NCBI GenBank assembly: GCA_046538235.1
Contig: JBKHJG010000001.1
Span: 60,581-124,580 of the forward strand
Origin: Dehalococcoidia bacterium
GTDB lineage: Bacteria > Chloroflexota > Dehalococcoidia > GIF9 > AB-539-J10
Direction: 5' to 3'
DNA length: 64,000 nucleotides
How positions within the stretch are numbered: position 1 is the stretch's first letter; each line of letters opens with the position of its first letter. The position numbers and the translations under genes are program-made. Shown piece after piece: positions 61,788-64,000 of the stretch. The notes below the pieces were generated by a model, which did no database searches, was not told the origin of the DNA, and saw only the letters and a list, made by a program, of their open reading frames with translations.

Positions 61788-63503
61788 CTACACCTCCTCC
61801 TCTCTCAGTTCGCGGCGGGATACTTTGCCGATGTCGGTCTTGGGTACCTCGCCCCGGAACTCGATTATCTTGGGTACCATGTAGCCGGCAAGTTTTCCGG
61901 CGCAGTACTTGGTGATTTCCTCCTCCGATACTCTACCTCTGGCCTCCGACTCAAGAACGACGATGGCCTTGACCCTCTCGCCGACTTCGGGGTCGGGGAC
62001 GCCGATGACACCGGCCTCCTTGACCTGCGGATGAGAAGTGATAACCTCCTCTACCTCCCGGGCAAATACCTGGAGGCCCTTGTATTTGATCATGTCCTTC
62101 TTCCTATCGTAGAAGTAGAAATAGCCCTCTTCATCCATTCTGGCCAGGTCACCGGTACGCAGCCATGTTTCGCCATCGATCTCCACAAACACTTCCTTGG
62201 TTGCTTCCGGCCTGCCCCAGTATCCTTTGACCACATTCGGTCCTCTGAATATGAGTTCGCCTACCTCGCCGATGGGCAGAAATCTGGTGCCTTCCGGCTC
62301 CACTATGGCCCCGAGGGTGCCGGGCATCGGTACGCCGAAGGAACCGATCTTGGCCCTGCCGTAGGGACTGACGATGCCTACTGAAGTGGTCTCGGTCATC
62401 CCCCAGCCCTCGTGAATTCTGGCCCCCGTCCTCTTCTCCCAGCCCCGAGCCGTGTCCTCAAGCAGGGCGTCGGCCCCCGAGATGAGGACCTTGATCCGTT
62501 TCCAGTTCACTCTGTTGGTCTTTTCATACTCCCTCAGATATTCATACAGGGCGGGAACACTATAGAAAATAGTTGCCTTGTGGTTTCCTATGACGTCCAG
62601 AATATCATCGGGGTTAGGAGTCGTAAGCAGCACCAGCGTGTAGCCCTCGTTTAACCCGCCGAGCATAACCACTGCCTGACCATAGATGTGGTAGAAGGGC
62701 AGGTAGGCAACCACCACTTCCTTGCCCTCCTGGACGGTGTCGCCCCAGAACTTGCTGGCCAGTTGCCGGGCGGCGGCGAAATTGTAATGGGTGATCATGG
62801 CGCCCTTGGGCTGACCGGTAGTACCTCCGGTGTAAGGAAGGGTCACCAGGTCTTCCTTGAGGTCGAACTCAATCTGGGGTGGATTCGGGGGATACTTCTT
62901 GACCAGGTCCTGGAAGCTGTAGACTCCCTCTTTCTGGTATATCTCCACGGGCGGGGCAGCCATCTTCTGGTATACAGCGCGCAGCACGCTGCTGCCCAGA
63001 AACTTCTTCAGTCCGGGCAGGTACTCGGTGATGGAGCTCAGGATAACGGCCTCCAGCTTGACTCCGCTCTTCTCCACGTTATCATAGAGGATGTCCTGGC
63101 AGATCATCATCTTTGCCCCGCTGTCCTCCAGCTGGTACTTGATCTCGGGACTAACATAGACAGGGCTGATGGCGGTTATGGTAGCCCCGGCCTTCAAGGC
63201 TCCCATGTAGGCTATTATGAACTGAGGTGAATTGAGGAGCAGTATGCCCACCCTGTCTCCCTTCCTCAGCCCCAGGTCATGCAGGGCAGCAGCAAATCTG
63301 TCAGCCTGGTCCCTCAGTTCGCGGTAGCTCATCTTCCTGCCGTAGAACACTACGGCGGTCTTGTCCTTCCATCTCTCCGTGTTCTCATTGAAGGTGTCGA
63401 CCACAGACTTATTCTCAACCTCGACATCCGGCGGCACACCTTCGGCATACCATTTCGTCCATGGCCTGGCTTCATATAGGGCTTTGTTATCGTCCTGGGT
63501 CAT
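61788..63503 (-). CDS. AMP-forming acyl-CoA synthetase (paralog of 5761-7449)
   Basis: AMP-binding motifs (LPYTGGTTGQPKGAMITH; TGDLARMDEEGYFYFYDRKKD). ~40% identity to the other ligase. Confidence 0.88.
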   Translation of the reverse strand: MTQDDNKALYEARPWTKWYAEGVPPDVEVENKSVVDTFNENTERWKDKTAVVFYGRKMSYRELRDQADRFAAALHDLGLRKGDRVGILLLNSPQFIIAYMGALKAGATITAISPVYVSPEIKYQLEDSGAKMMICQDILYDNVEKSGVKLEAVILSSITEYLPGLKKFLGSSVLRAVYQKMAAPPVEIYQKEGVYSFQDLVKKYPPNPPQIEFDLKEDLVTLPYTGGTTGQPKGAMITHYNFAAARQLASKFWGDTVQEGKEVVVAYLPFYHIYGQAVVMLGGLNEGYTLVLLTTPNPDDILDVIGNHKATIFYSVPALYEYLREYEKTNRVNWKRIKVLISGADALLEDTARGWEKRTGARIHEGWGMTETTSVGIVSPYGRAKIGSFGVPMPGTLGAIVEPEGTRFLPIGEVGELIFRGPNVVKGYWGRPEATKEVFVEIDGETWLRTGDLARMDEEGYFYFYDRKKDMIKYKGLQVFAREVEEVITSHPQVKEAGVIGVPDPEVGERVKAIVVLESEARGRVSEEEITKYCAGKLAGYMVPKIIEFRGEVPKTDIGKVSRRELREEEV

Positions 63504-63603
63504 CGTGCTACCTCCATTTCATTCTGGAATGTGCGCACCGCTGCGCGGACAGGCGTTGGGGCGGTCTCTCCGAGACTGGGGCACATCTTAGACCACCTTG
63601 GTC

Positions 63604-63660
63604 GTGCTGTCAAGCACGCCTTGACAGCACGGCAGGCGTGATATAACATAGTCGGCTGGC
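63604..63660 (+). promoter_or_regulatory. 12-bp perfect palindrome (cgtgctgtcaag-cacgc-cttgacagcacg) overlapping a TTGACA -35 box in the divergent ligase/thiolase intergenic region
   Basis: Palindrome at 63604-63632. TTGACA ... TATAAC hexamers downstream. Candidate operator for an unseen acyl-CoA-responsive regulator. Confidence 0.35.
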
Positions 63661-63717
63661 CTGCACTCCGGAGCCGCACATAGAATGGATACAACTTGAC
63701 GAAAGGAGATTAGTTGC

Positions 63718-64000
63718 ATGGAAGACGCGGTTATTGTCAGCTATCTGAGGACGCCCTTTTCCCGGGCAAGGCCCAGGGAGCCAGAGCGGGACGCATTCAA
63801 TAGCATAAGAATGGACGACATGGCAGCCAGGCTCATCCAGGAGATGATAAAGCAGACCGGCATAAATCCCGAGGAAATAGGCGATGTGCTCACGGGGACG
63901 GCCATGCCGGTGCTCGAGCAGTGGCTCTATGGCGGAAAGTCCATCAACTTCCTGGCCAAGCTGCCGTTCAGTGTGGCAGCCCAAGGGATTGACCGCCAGT
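63718..64000 (+). CDS. thiolase-family acetyl-CoA C-acyltransferase, N-terminal fragment (continues past the window end)
   Basis: ATG at 63718 preceded by aaaggagat. VIVSYLRTPFSRA matches the thiolase N-terminal consensus. The ORF is open to the window edge. Confidence 0.55.
   Translation, partial: MEDAVIVSYLRTPFSRARPREPERDAFNSIRMDDMAARLIQEMIKQTGINPEEIGDVLTGTAMPVLEQWLYGGKSINFLAKLPFSVAAQGIDRQ

Overview
This 64-kb window is high-GC (~60%) bacterial chromosome with dense, largely operonic coding and frequent GTG/TTG starts. The neighbourhood mixes core functions (dnaX-ybaB-recR; trmD-rplS-priA; ftsA/ftsZ; pyrimidine operon) with metabolic genes. Recognisable blocks are as follows. (i) dnaX(3' end)-ybaB-recR. 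(ii) A divergent acyl-CoA/aldehyde cluster: a DUF169-like gene plus a 4-hydroxybutyryl-CoA dehydratase (AbfD) homolog on +; on - SCP2, Fe-alcohol dehydrogenase, DUF4242, a tungsten-type aldehyde:ferredoxin oxidoreductase, an AMP-forming acyl-CoA synthetase and an FrhB/FdhB-like iron-sulfur flavoprotein. (iii) A penicillin-acylase-family lipoprotein. (iv) trmD-rplS-priA, with priA split by a frameshift inside an A9 homopolymer. (v) A minimal division cluster mraZ-rsmH-ftsA-ftsZ with no peptidoglycan genes between rsmH and ftsA. (vi) The pyrimidine operon pyrR-pyrB(fused to a PyrI zinc domain)-pyrC-carA-carB-pyrK-yjbQ, with a recognisable PyrR binding loop and attenuator in the leader. (vii) A PaaK/F390-synthetase-like adenylating enzyme plus a hypothetical gene behind a consensus promoter. 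(viii) MscS, then an NfeD-long/NfeD-short/stomatin operon. (ix) Split methylmalonyl-CoA mutase with the epimerase between the subunits. (x) A long minus-strand run: pyrD, thi4, cutA, nadA, fdhD, a MOSC gene, an ArsP-like permease with embedded TRASH domain, a circularly permuted TlpA-like thioredoxin, ccdA, arsC, iscS, a copA P1B-ATPase with C-terminal TRASH, a cystathionine-gamma-synthase-family gene and an Rrf2 regulator. (xi) cysS. (xii) A Liv-type ABC transporter: substrate-binding lipoprotein, livH, livM, and convergent livG/livF co-directional with a second acyl-CoA synthetase. (xiii) The 5' end of a thiolase. The most unusual observation is a ~540-bp dispersed inverted duplication, comprising a long 5' leader with RBS, a TTG start, a lipoprotein signal peptide and a ~110-aa N-terminal domain, shared by two unrelated surface proteins ~41 kb apart: the penicillin acylase and the Liv substrate-binding protein. 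Other notable items are the permuted TlpA, the PyrB-PyrI(Zn) fusion, the priA homopolymer frameshift, and a candidate ferredoxin-linked 4-hydroxybutyrate-type pathway. No rRNA, tRNA, CRISPR array or mobile element was recognised. A Chloroflexota/Dehalococcoidia-like affiliation is a weak inference from the wall-less-style division cluster and archaeal-type enzymes (Thi4, AOR, split MCM).
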